From: Protoeuglena noctilucae
Lineage: Eukaryota
DNA: 64,000 nt
Assembly (NCBI GenBank): GCA_958009085.1
Contig: OY253677.1
Location: 558,001 to 622,000 of the forward strand
Reading direction: 5' to 3'
Within the stretch, counting starts at the first letter, position 1. Every line of letters starts with the position of its first letter. The position numbers and the translations under genes are program-made. The notes beneath the pieces were generated by a model, which was not told where the DNA came from, did no database searches, and saw nothing but the letters and a program-made list of their open reading frames with translations. Shown one piece after another: positions 40,043 through 51,368 of this stretch.

Positions 40043-41075
40043 AAAAAGCCCGCAGCCGATCGGAGCGGACACGTCGACACCTGGTGCGAGACGCGGGTGC
40101 CTCTCCACCTAGGTTTCCTTGCGGGCACCCCGAGACGAGCGCCGACGGGCAGCCGGCTGTCCCGCGTGGCCGAACCCGGGCTTTAGGACCCTGGAGGGCC
40201 GGCGACCTTGAACTCCTGCACGTCCAGGCGATACCGCAATGTGAAGTACTCACCACGTCCCGCGCATGCGCGAGCAGGCCACCCACACCATGACAGGAGT
40301 GCCATCCAGCAGACCCGGTGGGGCGCACCTTGCCGTGGCAGCCTATCACGCCCCCCGCCAGCAGAAGCTGCACAGCTGCGCCATGACAGAGCGATGCATG
40401 CAGAGGGCGCCATGGGATACGCTGGCGAGCCCTCACCTGTTGCGGCCTCACCTGGGACTTACCTGCGCGGCGGCTGACACTGCCCCTGGGACGCCCTCCC
40501 ACGCGGACCTGCCATGCGGACCCTCACGGCAGGTCACGCGGCAGCCGGGAAGCCTCCCCACTCGAACCTGCCGCCATCTGCATGGGCGCGGACGAGCCGG
40601 TCCCCCCGCTCCCCCAGCAGAGCAGCAAGGATGATGATGATGTGCAGTTCAATAGCTGAGGGTGCTGAGGTCCATCAGGATACTCGCGGCACGAGCTAGG
40701 CCCGCGCGACAGGGGCGCCTTTCCCCGGGGCTGCCGCACCCCGGGGGTTCCATTATCGCAGTGCATATGGCACTTGGCCCGCCCCCGCTAGGTCCCCCCA
40801 CCCGAAGGCTATGGGGCCGCCGCCCCGGGCTCCAGCGCCCCTAGCCCCTTCGCCGAACCGCCGCCCCTGCCGGGACGAGCAACCGCAGGATGCCTCGCGA
40901 GCGGGCCCCTGGGAACTAACACAACAACGAAGCAACGAAGCAGAGACAAGCCCCCATGCCGCGGCGCAGAGCACTTTCGCCCCATGCAGCAAGGAATCCC
41001 TGTTTTGACTGACAATAAAAAAAAAAAAAAAAAAAAAAAGCCCGCGGCGGGATCGGAGCTCGACACGTCAGCACC
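40043..41075 (-). mobile_element. Fragmented repeat-element copy (downstream region of the LINE-like unit)
   Basis: 40112-40630 is a direct repeat of ~44952-45474, near-identical from ~40250. 40631-40745 resembles 44289-44390. Shared junction motif at ~40059 and ~41052; A-run 41017-41039. Confidence 0.8.
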
Positions 41076-41237
41076 AGAGTTTTGCCTACCCCTCGGCCAT
41101 GAGCCGGCCGGCTGCGGCCATCTGCGGAGACAGGCCCCCCCCCCCAAGACCACTGGCAAGCCAGGCAGGCAAACGCTGCCTTACTGTTTTGTGGTTTATA
41201 TAGCGTCATTTTCGCGCGAAGCGGCTCGGTCGCCTTG

Positions 41238-41309
41238 GGCTCTGTCGTCCAGAGGTTAGGACGCCTGGCTTTGAACCAGGAAACCTGGGTTCGATTCCCA
41301 GCGGGGCTA
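41238..41309 (+). tRNA. tRNA-Gln (anticodon TTG)
   Basis: Cloverleaf GGCTCTG/CGGGGCT, D arm GTCC..GGAC, CCTGG-CTTTGAA-CCAGG, CTGGG-TTCGATT-CCCAG. Upstream TATA-like sequence ~41196. Confidence 0.93.
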
Positions 41310-41330
41310 GGTGTGTGCGATATTGTGCCC

Positions 41331-41336
41331 TTTTTT
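41331..41336 (+). terminator. Pol III oligo-T terminator of tRNA-Gln
   Basis: T6 run ~21 nt downstream of the tRNA 3' end. Confidence 0.65.
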
Positions 41337-41408
41337 GCGCGGATGATTAGCGATCCAACACAGCGGGAAAAGCATCCCGGCAGTGTGCGAACCTGCAGCG
41401 GCAAAAGG

Positions 41409-41520
41409 TGGGGTAGGAGGGGATCGAACCCTCGACCTCAGGATATCTCATCGCCGCGCGGGATTGAACCCACGTCGTTTGCTATGAGACCTGCGCTACT
41501 ACCTACTGAGCTACCACCCC
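41409..41520 (-). tRNA. Elongator tRNA-Met (CAT) with a ~38-nt intron at 37/38
   Basis: GGGGTGG/CTACCCC acceptor stem, CAGGT-CTCATA[intron]A-TCCTG, GAGGG-TTCGATC-CCCTC, then TTTT. Resembles plant intron-containing elongator tRNA-Met. Confidence 0.9.
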
Positions 41521-42617
41521 ATATGGAGCACATTGCTCCTTTGGGGGACACCTCACGTCGAATACTGGTTGCAGCGCAACTAGGTGGGCCAGAGTCGGAG
41601 GAGCTGCCTCGTGAAAGCAGGCGGCCGCTCGATCAAATCTTTGGCCGGACCCATTTTTCATGTTTTTTTCCGGGGCCAGCCCGCGGTTTAACATGGCGCT
41701 TAATATGGCCAGGAGCCGTGGCCTCCGAGGTGCTGGTGGCGTCGTGGTGCGGGCGGCTGTGGGGCACGCGCTGGGAGCGGCTGCTGCACCTTCGCTTGGA
41801 CGACACGACGTCGGCCAAGGACCCCGTCAAAAGGGTAATAATCCAGGTTTGCAAGGCGCTGGAAGGGCTGGGCGTGCCCGGCGCGCCTGTGCCTCCCCGT
41901 GCCAATGCCAGCCGTGTGGTGCTTGAGGGCGTAGCTGAGCAGCTCGTGGGTATCCTGATTGTATGGGACCCTTGGCAGGGCCTGGTTCTGTCCCCTGCGG
42001 CCTGCGGCTCCCTCCCTGCTCACCTCCGCTCCCTTGCCGCAGGCCAGGTTCCCCCCCGGCAAGGGCGGAGCACGCGCTGGCGGCTTACTGCGCGCAGCAG
42101 GACTCTCAACTCCTCCCCCGTCCTTCCCGCCCCCAGGCCGCGCCGGTCGCTGTGCGCCCTGCCCCCGAGCCCGCGTGGTGGGCGGAGCTCAACCTGCCCC
42201 TTGTCAACCCCTCCACGCAGTGGGTCCTCGAGCCTCATCGGCGCCCCACTGAAGTGCCCGTCCCCATTCCGCTTAAGCAGTACTCGGTCGGACATGCGGT
42301 GGGGGTGGCCTTCGACCGGGCCACCATCACCTCGCGGCTCGGCCGCAAGGTGGAGCAGTGGTCCCGGGCCGGGGCGCTCGGGGAGGCCCAGGACGGGCCG
42401 GACGGGGTCACGGCGGCGGGCATGCATGCCGCTCTCAAGACCATCAACGCTCTCCCCCTGTCTCCGCAGATGCACGAGGCGCTGTGGCTGACGCTGGCCG
42501 ACGCGCGCGCCACCGCATCGCACTGCTACTGGCTCGACCTCACCACGTGCCCCCTCCTCCGCAGGGACGGCGAGCAGTGCTCCCACGAGGACACGGTCGC
42601 TCACGCCTTCTGGGCCT
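41427..42617. repeat. Left arm of a 1191-bp inverted duplication (right arm 45758-46948)
   Basis: Mirror-image ORFs in the track (41963+ / 46412-, 42604- / 45771+); one substitution noticed. Confidence 0.95.
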
Positions 42618-43115
42618 CATCTGGCGCCGCAGGTCGCAGCTGCGGGAGAACTGGCACTGATTCTCCCCGTGAACACCTGCAGGCCTCTATGCTCACCTGG
42701 GCGCCATCGTGGCGGCCGAGGTCCAGGACACACTGGCTGTCACGGAATTAGAGCGCCTGGCCGCACTGCTGGGCAAGCAGGGTCCTGACAGGCTCGTCCT
42801 CGCCCGCGCCGATGGCAGCAGGTTCATGCGGGTGGTCTCCCTGCGGCTGCGTGAGCGGGGCAGGTAGGTGCGAGGCAGGTGCTTGTGAGCGGACACATGT
42901 CGCCCTCTGCACCTTGGCCCAGCTGCGCCTGTCACTGGTTGCCAGGGGGCATGGCAGAGTACCGCGGCAAGGTGCGCCACACCGGGGCCGCCGGATGGCA
43001 GTCCTGTTATGGGGTGGGTAGCCTGCTCGCGCGTGCGCGGGACGTGGTAAGTACCGCACATCTCAATACTCTTTGGATGGGCTGCAGTCCAAGGTCGCCA
43101 GCCCTCCAGGGTCCA
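41963..43115 (+). mobile_element. 5'-truncated, internally deleted LINE-like ORF2 3' fragment plus downstream region
   Basis: Zinc knuckle C..C..EDTVAHAFW broken at 42617; a diverged continuation matches the reverse complement of ~45030-45610. Confidence 0.7.
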
Positions 43116-43119
43116 TGAC

Positions 43120-43690
43120 GCACCACGGCCCGCACTTGCAGCGCCGGGGAGGATGCTGGTCCTGGGGATGTGTGCCGTGGCTTGCGTGCACGACATGCAC
43201 GCGTTCTCTCGCGGCAAGGCTGAGCAGGAGAGGCACGTGCAAGTCCCTCGTGCTGCAGCAGCTCTTGGCTGGCAACGGGGGCCCGGGTGCACTGCAAGCT
43301 CAGCTCATGAGGAAGCGTGTGTTTGGCAGGAGCTTGCTGAGGTTCCCTGCCCACCGTGTGACGGCAGGCGGCGCGACGCCCCTTGCGTCCGACGTCCGGG
43401 CCACTGTGTCGCGGCCAGCACTCAGGAGTGTGACAGAAAGGCAGGCGCTCCTCGGCCTCGTCAATCACGTCAGCCCCTGTCTCGGTCCTGCCTGACCCCA
43501 AGCTGCCCTACGTCGCGTCGGCGGATGCCAGTGAGATGGGCATCGGACCCATGCTGGCTCAGCAGTAGCCGAGGGGATGCGGCGTGCAGCGTCCTCGTCG
43601 CGCAAGTTGGCGCCGACAAAGCGGAAGTGCGTGTAATGCATAGGACCGAGGGGCACTCCGTGGCCGCAGTGCACGCGGTTAAGCCTCTGG
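43120..43690 (+). mobile_element. Degenerate Ty3/gypsy pol relic (RT C-terminus plus RNase H), copy 1
   Basis: VACVHDMHAFS (~VYLDDILIYS), RKRVFGRSLLRFPAHRVT, ALLGLVNH, LPDPKLPY..SADASEMGIG, AAVHAVK; frameshifted. Confidence 0.75.
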
Positions 43691-44288
43691 TTTGAACCAA
43701 CTGAGTTTGAGCAGACCTACTGGGCAGATTTGGGGCCCCTGGCAGAGATGCTGCGATACCCGTCGCAGAGCAGAGCAGAGCAGATGTCGCAGCTTCCGAG
43801 TGGGCCCAGACACGGACGAACAGGTCCAAAATCAACTCCGAGCGGCACGGACGAAGATGGCTGGTGTCGGCTCGCGTCAGAGTATCAGCTAGGGCAACAC
43901 CTGAGTCGGCGTGGGGTTGATCGCCCAGATGGCGCTCCGTAATGACGAGTTGCTACCTGTGCCGGGCCCGCGAGATCCTAGCCAGTGGGGGATTGAAAGC
44001 TTGTTCACTAGAGTACCAGCCAGCTGTTGCGGTCCGCACGCGGAGCAGGTGACCCACACACCCCGGACGTACGTCAGCCATCTGACGGGCCTGCGGGGGC
44101 AAGGAGCTGTCAGGGAGAGGCCAGACCCGTGGCCGTGTCCGCCAGCACCCCCCGCTCCCGCACGTCGGTGAGGGAGCAGACCCACGCGTACGTCTTCTGG
44201 TGCGGTTCTTTGAGGCCCGGAGCAGGCTGGGATTGGGGCTCCGCAGGGACTGGGGAGGCACGCTGGGGCGAGGCCACGAGGCGGGCAC

Positions 44289-46735
44289 GATGATGATGAG
44301 CGATTCAACAGTCGAGGTGTGCTATGACTCTCAGAGCCATGCCTTGCGGAAGAAGTGCCGTCCCCCGGGGCAGCTGGCACCCCGGGGAGGCGGGCACGGG
44401 CGGGGACCGCTGGAACAAATCCAAGGAAGCAGGTCTCGGGGGCATGAACAGCAAGGGTCGACGTCCCGGGCCCACGAGCCAGAGACGCATCTGTGCGCCA
44501 TGTTGAGCTGCGGGCTGCCCCCGGAAAAAAAATAAAAAATCGGAGCCCGACATGTCAGCACCTGGTGCCAGACGCGGGTGCCGCTCACTTCTCTGGACAC
44601 CAACCGTGCCCCGTGAGGAACCACGATCTCGAGCTCGTCATTTCCCGCCGCGGGTGCCGGGCACAGGGGGGCGAACCCCCCCCACTGGCCCCTTGGGAAC
44701 CACACTCCCAGAGTGCGCGGGGGCTTCGCAAAGCGTCCCGGGGGCGGCAGCGTCGTTAGGCCACCTGAACGCGTGCGGTGAAGGCAGCGGCAGCCCCAAG
44801 GGACTGGGGGGACCGGATCTCGGGGACCTGGGTCCCCCGCTCTGTCCCACAAGGGGGCGCCAAAGCCGTACCAACACTCCGAACATGACGTGAAACCCTC
44901 GGCCACCGCCCCCGACTCTGCTAGGCCCCCGCCCGCCAGCGCCCGCCCGAGTTTTCCTTGCGGGCACCCCGGAACGAGCACCGACGGGCAATAACAACTG
45001 TCCCTAGAGACCGAAGCCGGACTTTGGGCCCAGGAGGGCCGGCGACCTTGAACTCCTGCACGTCCAAGAAGCACCGAAAGAACATGTGCAGACTCACCAC
45101 GTCCCGCACATGCGCGAGCAGGCCACCCACACCATGACAGGAGTGCCATCCAGCAGACCCGGTGGGGCGCACCTTGCCGTGGCAGCCTATCACGCCCCCC
45201 GCCAGCAGAAGCTGCACAGCTGCGCCATGACAGAGCGATGCATGCAGAGGGCGCCATGGGATACGCTGGCGAGCCCTCACCTGTTGCGGCCTCACCTGGG
45301 ACTTACCTACGCGGCGGCTGCCACCGCCCCTGGGACACCCTCCCACGCGGACCTGCCATGCGGACCCTCACGGCAGGTCACGCGGCAGCCGGGAAGCCTC
45401 CCCACTCGAACCTGCCGCCATCTGCATGGGCGCGGACGAGCCGGTCCCCCCGCTCCCCCAGCAGAGCAGCAAGGCGCCCTGCCCCAGTGACAGCCAGAGT
45501 GTCTTGGACCTCGGCTGCCACGATGGCGCCAAGCTGGGCATAGAGGCCTGCGGGCGTCGACGGGGAGCGCCAGTTCTCCCAAAGCTCTTGGCGGCGCCTC
45601 CAGATGAGCTTGAAAGCCGCGCCCACGATGAGCGCCCACGAATACTGCGAGAAGTTGCTGGAGGGAGGGGGAACTAGGAGGAACACCGCCCGTGCCGAGA
45701 GGGCCGGGGCCCGCGCGGCCGCCTTAACCGCCTCCCACACCTCCTGGGCCCTGTCACAGGCCCAGAAGGCGTGAGCGACCGTGTCCTCGTGGGAGCACTG
45801 CTCGCCGTCCCTGCGGAGGAGGGGGCACGTGGTGAGGTCGAGCCAGTAGCAGTGCGATGCGGTGGCGCGCGCGTCGGCCAGCGTCAGCCACAGCGCCTCG
45901 TGCATCTGCGGAGACAGGGGGAGAGCGTTGATGGTCTTGAGAGCGGCATGCATGCCCGCCGCCGTGACCCCGTCCGGCCCGTCCTGGGCCTCCCCGAGCG
46001 CCCCGGCCCGGGACCACTGCTCCACCTTGCGGCCGAGCCGCGAGGTGATGGTGGCCCGGTCGAAGGCCACCCCCACCGCATGTCCGACCGAGTACTGCTT
46101 AAGCGGAATGGGGACGGGCACTTCAGTGGGGCGCCGATGAGGCTCGAGGACCCACTGCGTGGAGGGGTTGACAAGGGGCAGGTTGAGCTCCGCCCACCAC
46201 GCGGGCTCGGGGGCAGGGCGCACAGCGACCGGCGCGGCCTGGGGGCGGGAAGGACGGGGGAGGAGTTGAGAGTCCTGCTGCGCGCAGTAAGCCGCCAGCG
46301 CGTGCTCCGCCCTTGCCGGGGGGGAACCTGGCCTGCGGCAAGGGAGCGGAGGTGAGCAGGGAGGGAGCCGCAGGCCGCAGGGGACAGAACCAGGCCCTGC
46401 CAAGGGTCCCATACAATCAGGATACCCACGAGCTGCTCAGCTACGCCCTCAAGCACCACACGGCTGGCATTGGCACGGGGAGGCACAGGCGCGCCGGGCA
46501 CGCCCAGCCCTTCCAGCGCCTTGCAAACCTGGATTATTACCCTTTTGACGGGGTCCTTGGCCGACGTCGTGTCGTCCAAGCGAAGGTGCAGCAGCCGCTC
46601 CCAGCGCGTGCCCCACAGCCGCCCGCACCACGACGCCACCAGCACCTCGGAGGCCACGGCTCCTGGCCATATTAAGCGCCATGTTAAACCGCGGGCTGGC
46701 CCCGGAAAAAAACATGAAAAATGGGTCCGGCCAAA
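44289..46735 (-). mobile_element. Non-LTR retrotransposon (L1/Tx1-like) fragment with zf-RVT CCHC domain (ORF 46412-45378)
   Basis: CPLLRRDGEQCSHEDTVAHAFWACDRAQEVW...KLIWRRR fits the C-terminal zinc knuckle of L1-type ORF2. No RT or endonuclease domain is present. Confidence 0.75.
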
Positions 46736-46948
46736 GATTTGATCGAGCGGCCGCCTGCTTTCACGAGGCAGCTCCTCCGACTCTGGCCCACCTAGTTGCG
46801 CTGCAACCAGTATTCGACGTGAGGTGTCCCCCAAAGGAGCAATGTGCTCCATATGGGGTGGTAGCTCAGTAGGTAGTAGCGCAGGTCTCATAGCAAACGA
46901 CGCGGGTTCAATCCCGCGCGGCGATGAGATATCCTGAGGTCGAGGGTT
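45758..46948. repeat. Right arm of the 1191-bp inverted duplication
   Basis: Reverse complement of 41427-42617. Confidence 0.95.
46855..46948 (+). pseudogene. 3'-truncated tRNA-Met(CAT) copy
   Basis: Matches the 41520 tRNA up to GAGGGTT in the T loop, then unrelated sequence; no 3' T stem or acceptor strand. Confidence 0.9.
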
Positions 46949-47503
46949 TGGTTTGTGATCGGCTCGCCTGGGCAACGAAATCTCGCTGCGTGCCGCCCGC
47001 CATGCAGGCCTCAACAAGCGCAGCCAGCCGCCACCTCAGTGCATGCGCTCACTCACAAAGGCGGCGGGTAGGCGGAGGTGCGGAAGGTGGAGATAGCCAA
47101 ATACAAGTAGAACGGCCTTTGAGTGAATGCGTCGGTGAAGGCACCCTTACGCACACCATGTGAACAGTGTCGGAATGTGGGTCAGGATCCCAGAGCAGTT
47201 GCTGAAATGATGCCTGGAGGTGAGCGTGCCACGCTTTGTCACGCATAGCACGCCCTCCAAGACTCAGCAGATGCCGGGACACCCACTCCGTCTGCTTGCA
47301 GACATAAGGAGGCGTGTGTCGCTGCAGGAGAAACCTGATGACAAGGCGGTATGTGGGGAACATGGAAGTGCGTGCGTCGGCTAGGGCCTGATTCACGTGC
47401 GCTGGGCCCCTGACTGCTCGCTCGTGGGTCACATCCTCTGTGAGAGCTTTACGCTGCCGCCAGGGCCGCGCCTACCAGTGCCTACGCGGCCTCCATGCAT
47501 GCG

Positions 47504-47597
47504 CTTTTCAACAACAATCCTCAGCCACCACTTGCGCGATCTGTCTGCCTCTTTTCAACAACAATCCTCAGCCACCACTTGCGCGATCTGTCTGCCT
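47504..47597. repeat. Perfect 2 x 47-bp tandem duplication
   Basis: CTTTTCAACAACAATCCTCAGCCACCACTTGCGCGATCTGTCTGCCT occurs twice in tandem. Confidence 0.95.
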
Positions 47598-49067
47598 TGT
47601 ACATACACCACGGAGTCCCCAGCACGCCCCTCTGCGAAAGAGCGCTGCAGCTGCCCCTTCCTTGTCCCCAGCGTGGCTATTCCCAGCCCGGTGCATCTGT
47701 CATGTATCTCTCCCGCGGCTGGCGTCCCTCGCGAGGCACCAGAAAGCGCCGCCGCGCGCGCACACGCCAAACTCCACCACGCGTGCTGTGCAGACCGCAG
47801 CGCGGGTCGTCGTCCTCGCGCGACGCCGCCAGAGAAAATGAGTCTCGATGTTTAAGCGAAGCTACTCGTGCCCTCATAATCGTAGCGGGAGCCGCGCGGC
47901 CGCGTCGCGCCAAGCCCTGGACCGTCCTCGATGTGCAGACGCGACACGGCCCGTGCTAAGGTCACCACAGCATCTCTGCCGCCGTGTGCATGTTATGCAC
48001 CCATCCATGAAGCTGCAAGCCCTATCAGTCGGTGGCACCGGCCGCTGGAGGTCAGAAACTTGCATCGCGGTCAGTGGGCCCGCGCCGCCCCACCGTCGCA
48101 GTCTGCGGCAAGCGAGGTCCACTAGCAGCCGGTTAGATGTCTCAGACGTTCGGTCTTGTAATTGTCGTCCCGCTTAGCAGCTTCGAATCTCCGCGGGGGA
48201 CTCTCTCCCCTTTGCGGTTCCCGTCCTGGCGTGGGGTGAGTGGCCGCGATGTCCATGGCTTTGCTTTCCATAGCAAATTATCACCGCAGCGGTGGCGCGC
48301 TCGGAAGGCCCTGCGCGCGCGACCACCAGCACTAGTCTCCCTGCTTCCATCCTCGTGGGGAGCGAGGCAACGTGACCCAGGCGTCCCGGTTACCTCATCT
48401 CACTCGCGACAAAGGGATGTGCAATAACGGGTGGCAGGCGGGCCGTCACGCGGCTGCCGCAATGCCGCTGGCCCCTCTCGCGTCTCCCTCGCGTGCTGTG
48501 CGGTGCGAGAGGAGCCGCCTTCATGTAAATTCCATGCCGACGCGTGAGCCACCTCTACATCCCTGCGTACGTCCACCTGCAGGACGCGACCGGGGCGCTT
48601 GGCTCGCCTCATGGAGGAGGACGGGGACAGGGACGGGGAGGCCCGTGCCCATCATTGAGGGTTGGGGTCCGAGCTCGAGTTTCCCAACGCACGCTGGCTG
48701 CTGTTTCGCGGAACTGTGGCACGCATGTACCCTACCCAAACCTGACCCTGAGCGTTGCGCAGCGGCAGGCTGAGGAGCTGCGGCTGCCTGCCGGCTCTCC
48801 GGGGCGCCCCGTGTGGAGCCCGCGCCACATCTGCTGCAGGACTAGACCCGAGGGGACTTGAGGCCCGCAGGAGGCCTTGGAGGGGGCGGATGCGGCGCGG
48901 GAGGTGCGGATGGTGGCCATCTAACGACTCGACGGTGCCGATGCCGGTGGGGCCCCCGCTCGCCAGGCGGGGGGCCCAAATCGCATCGCCTCCAGCGGCG
49001 CGGCTCGTGGCCGGGCTGGCCATGGCGGCGCTTGCGGACAGTGGCACCTGCCTCGCCCCATAGCGAA

Positions 49068-49418
49068 CCCCCTGCAGCCACGCCTTGACGCCCATGAGCG
49101 CCTTTCGGACGGTCCCCTGCGTGCCCACCGTGGCCGCTGCGCCCGCCAGCTCCCAGGCCGCCTCGGCCATTGCGACGTGCCCCGCCCGGGCCATCGGGCG
49201 CTTTCCCTCTTCTGTGTCCCCTGGGAGGGCACACCGCAGGGGGAAGGCTGCCAGCACCCCAATGCTATGCTATGCTATGCTATGCTATGCAACCCCAATG
49301 GGGCGCGTCGCGGTGGCGGAGATGGCGTGGGACCTGCTGGCGGGTGCAGCGGACGCGATGGGCACGCGGGGGACCGTCCGGGAGGCGCTCATGGGCGTGG
49401 AGGCGCTGCTGCGGGGGG
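49068..49418. repeat. Imperfect inverted repeat (~115-bp arms) with an ATGCT microsatellite in the spacer
   Basis: 49068-49183 pairs with 49300-49418; pentamer run at 49262-49290. Confidence 0.85.
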
Positions 49419-49904
49419 AGGGCGGGGATGGGGACGAGGGCGACGCGTCGAGGGCAGCCCTGCGGACGCTGCAGGCCAAGGGCTTGCTGGAGCTCCTGCA
49501 GGACGGGAGACGCCGCGAAAATCTTTCCTTACACCACGGCAAACTAGGCGAGGGCTGCCAGGGCTTGCCCCGGGGTCAGTTCTGCCTGGGACGGGTCCAG
49601 GCCAAGATACCCGCAGCGCCGCCCGTCATGCACATCGGTGATGGCCCGGTCGTCTTCGTATGTGGTTGTGGAGATGAGGAGGTGGGATAAGCTAGCAGCG
49701 GCCGTGGTGGACGGCTCGCTGTACCTGTGGAAGTGAGGGTAGAGGAAGTGGCTATCGGCGCCTGTGACAGACGGCCCCCTGGGCGGCCCCCTCCCCTCCT
49801 GCAGCTGCCTGGTCCGGGGCGTAGGTGGCCGTTGATCATGAGTTCTTACGCCGCGCTTGGCACGCTAGCTTTTTGAGGTTTGAAGTCTGCATTCCCTACA
49901 AGAA

Positions 49905-50030
49905 GACTGCCCGGGCAGGCCAGGTCCCCTCCCGCGCAGACCTGGCCAGGGCCGAGGGCGCGCGCTGGCGGCCTATTGCTCGCAGCAGGACTCAAGACCC
50001 TCCCTCTCTGCCCTTTTCCCCAGTCCTCTA
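49905..50030 (+). mobile_element. Short diverged third fragment of the LINE-like element
   Basis: GCAGGCCAGGT...GCGCTGGCGGCCTATTGCTCGCAGCAGGACTC resembles 42039-42125. Confidence 0.65.
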
Positions 50031-50319
50031 CACCGGTCGCTGTGCCCCGCCCCTGCGTACCACACTGGTGGGAGATTCACCGCGTACCGCGCGGTACACG
50101 ATTTTTTTCGCCTGCGGGGGGAACACCGGTGGTACACCGACCGTACGACCATGCACATGCAGCCGATGACACATCCACCTGTCAGCCGTGATGCAGAGGG
50201 CATGGAGCGACACCCCTCACGTGGCTCGGCGCAAGCGGGTCCGTGTTCCCACGGAGCCCCGCGCCAGTCGTCAGTGTCCCACTCTGTCCTCGTCAAACCC
50301 AGCGCCCTGTCCAATGACA

Positions 50320-50885
50320 CACCACGGCCGGCACTTGCAGCGCCAGGGATCGGAGGAGGCTGGTCCTGGGGATGTGTGCCGTGGCTTGCGTGCACGACAT
50401 TCACGCGTACTCCTGCGGCAAGGCTGAGCAAAAGAGGCACGCGAGGGCCGCACTGCAGCAGCTCTTGGCTGGCAAGAGGGGGGTGCACTGTCAGCTGAGG
50501 AAGCGTGTATTTGGCAGGAGCTTGCTGAGGTTCCCTGCCCACCGTGTGACGGCAGGCGGCGCGACGCCCCTCGCGTCCGACGTCCAGGCCACTGTGTCGC
50601 GGCCGGCGCTCCGGGGTGTGACAGGAACGCAGGCGCTCCTCGGCCTCGTCAATCACGTCAGCCCCTGTCTCGGTCCTGCCTGACCCCAAGCTGCCCTACG
50701 TTGTGTCGGCGGATGCCAGTGAGATGGGCATCAAAGCCATGCTGGCTCAGCAGTAGCCGGAGGGGGTGCAACCTGCGGCAATCTTGTTGCGCCATTGGAA
50801 CGGTGGTGTGATGCGTATGACTAGAATGCACTCCATGGCCGTGGTGCACGCGGTTAAGGCATGGCAGCACTATTTGCTTGGGCAA
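50320..50885 (+). mobile_element. Degenerate Ty3/gypsy pol relic (RT plus RNase H), copy 2
   Basis: Diverged direct repeat of 43120-43690; LPDPKLPYVVSADASEMGI and AVVHAVKAWQHYLLG RNase H motifs; in-frame stop. Confidence 0.8.
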
Positions 50886-51368
50886 GCGATGAGTACTGGC
50901 TGTAGGAAGGCCACACCGTTGCTCAACTCAACACCCTTCACACAGCAGCAGCAGCAACGCTCAGGCTGTCCCCCAGCAGCTCATGCACCTCACTAGAGCT
51001 AGGTAACAACATTCAAATTCAGCCATGGAGGCGCCACTGGATCCTGGGAAGTGTCCGCAGTCACCACTCCTCCCCACTCGCGCATGGCACGCCGCCCGCT
51101 GCAATTCGTGCCACCAACAGCGTCCCTGCGGCGGGTATCAAGTGCGTTGCATATCCGGCCCGTATCTGTCCGCGTGCCACGTTTCAAACGCACGCGGTCA
51201 CCGAAGGCCGGGGGCCGCCCCGCATCGGGGGCCACCTCGCCGTCTCGGGCGCGGCGGTAAGAAGCGTGAGAGGGAGATAAGGAAAGCCTCTGACGCCCGA
51301 CACGGGCCGCTGCGCCCTGTACATTACATGGCAGCGCACGCGACGCTCGCGCGCTCCTCACCTCGCCG

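Noticed and set aside
40631..40676. ATGATGA...CTGA as a C/D snoRNA
   Set aside because: Too short, and part of a repeat also seen at ~44289.
41235..42491. 418-aa ORF and its mirror 45884-47017
   Set aside because: It runs through the tRNA genes and the duplicated repeat; only part may be decayed element coding sequence.
41409..42617. tRNA-Met plus LINE tail as a SINE
   Set aside because: The tRNA and the LINE fragment are on opposite strands (head-to-head), not the colinear SINE arrangement.
47049..47432. 127-aa lower-GC ORF next to the truncated tRNA
   Set aside because: No family recognised; probably element debris.
47504..47597. Tandem repeats as a CRISPR array
   Set aside because: No spacers, no cas genes, eukaryotic context.
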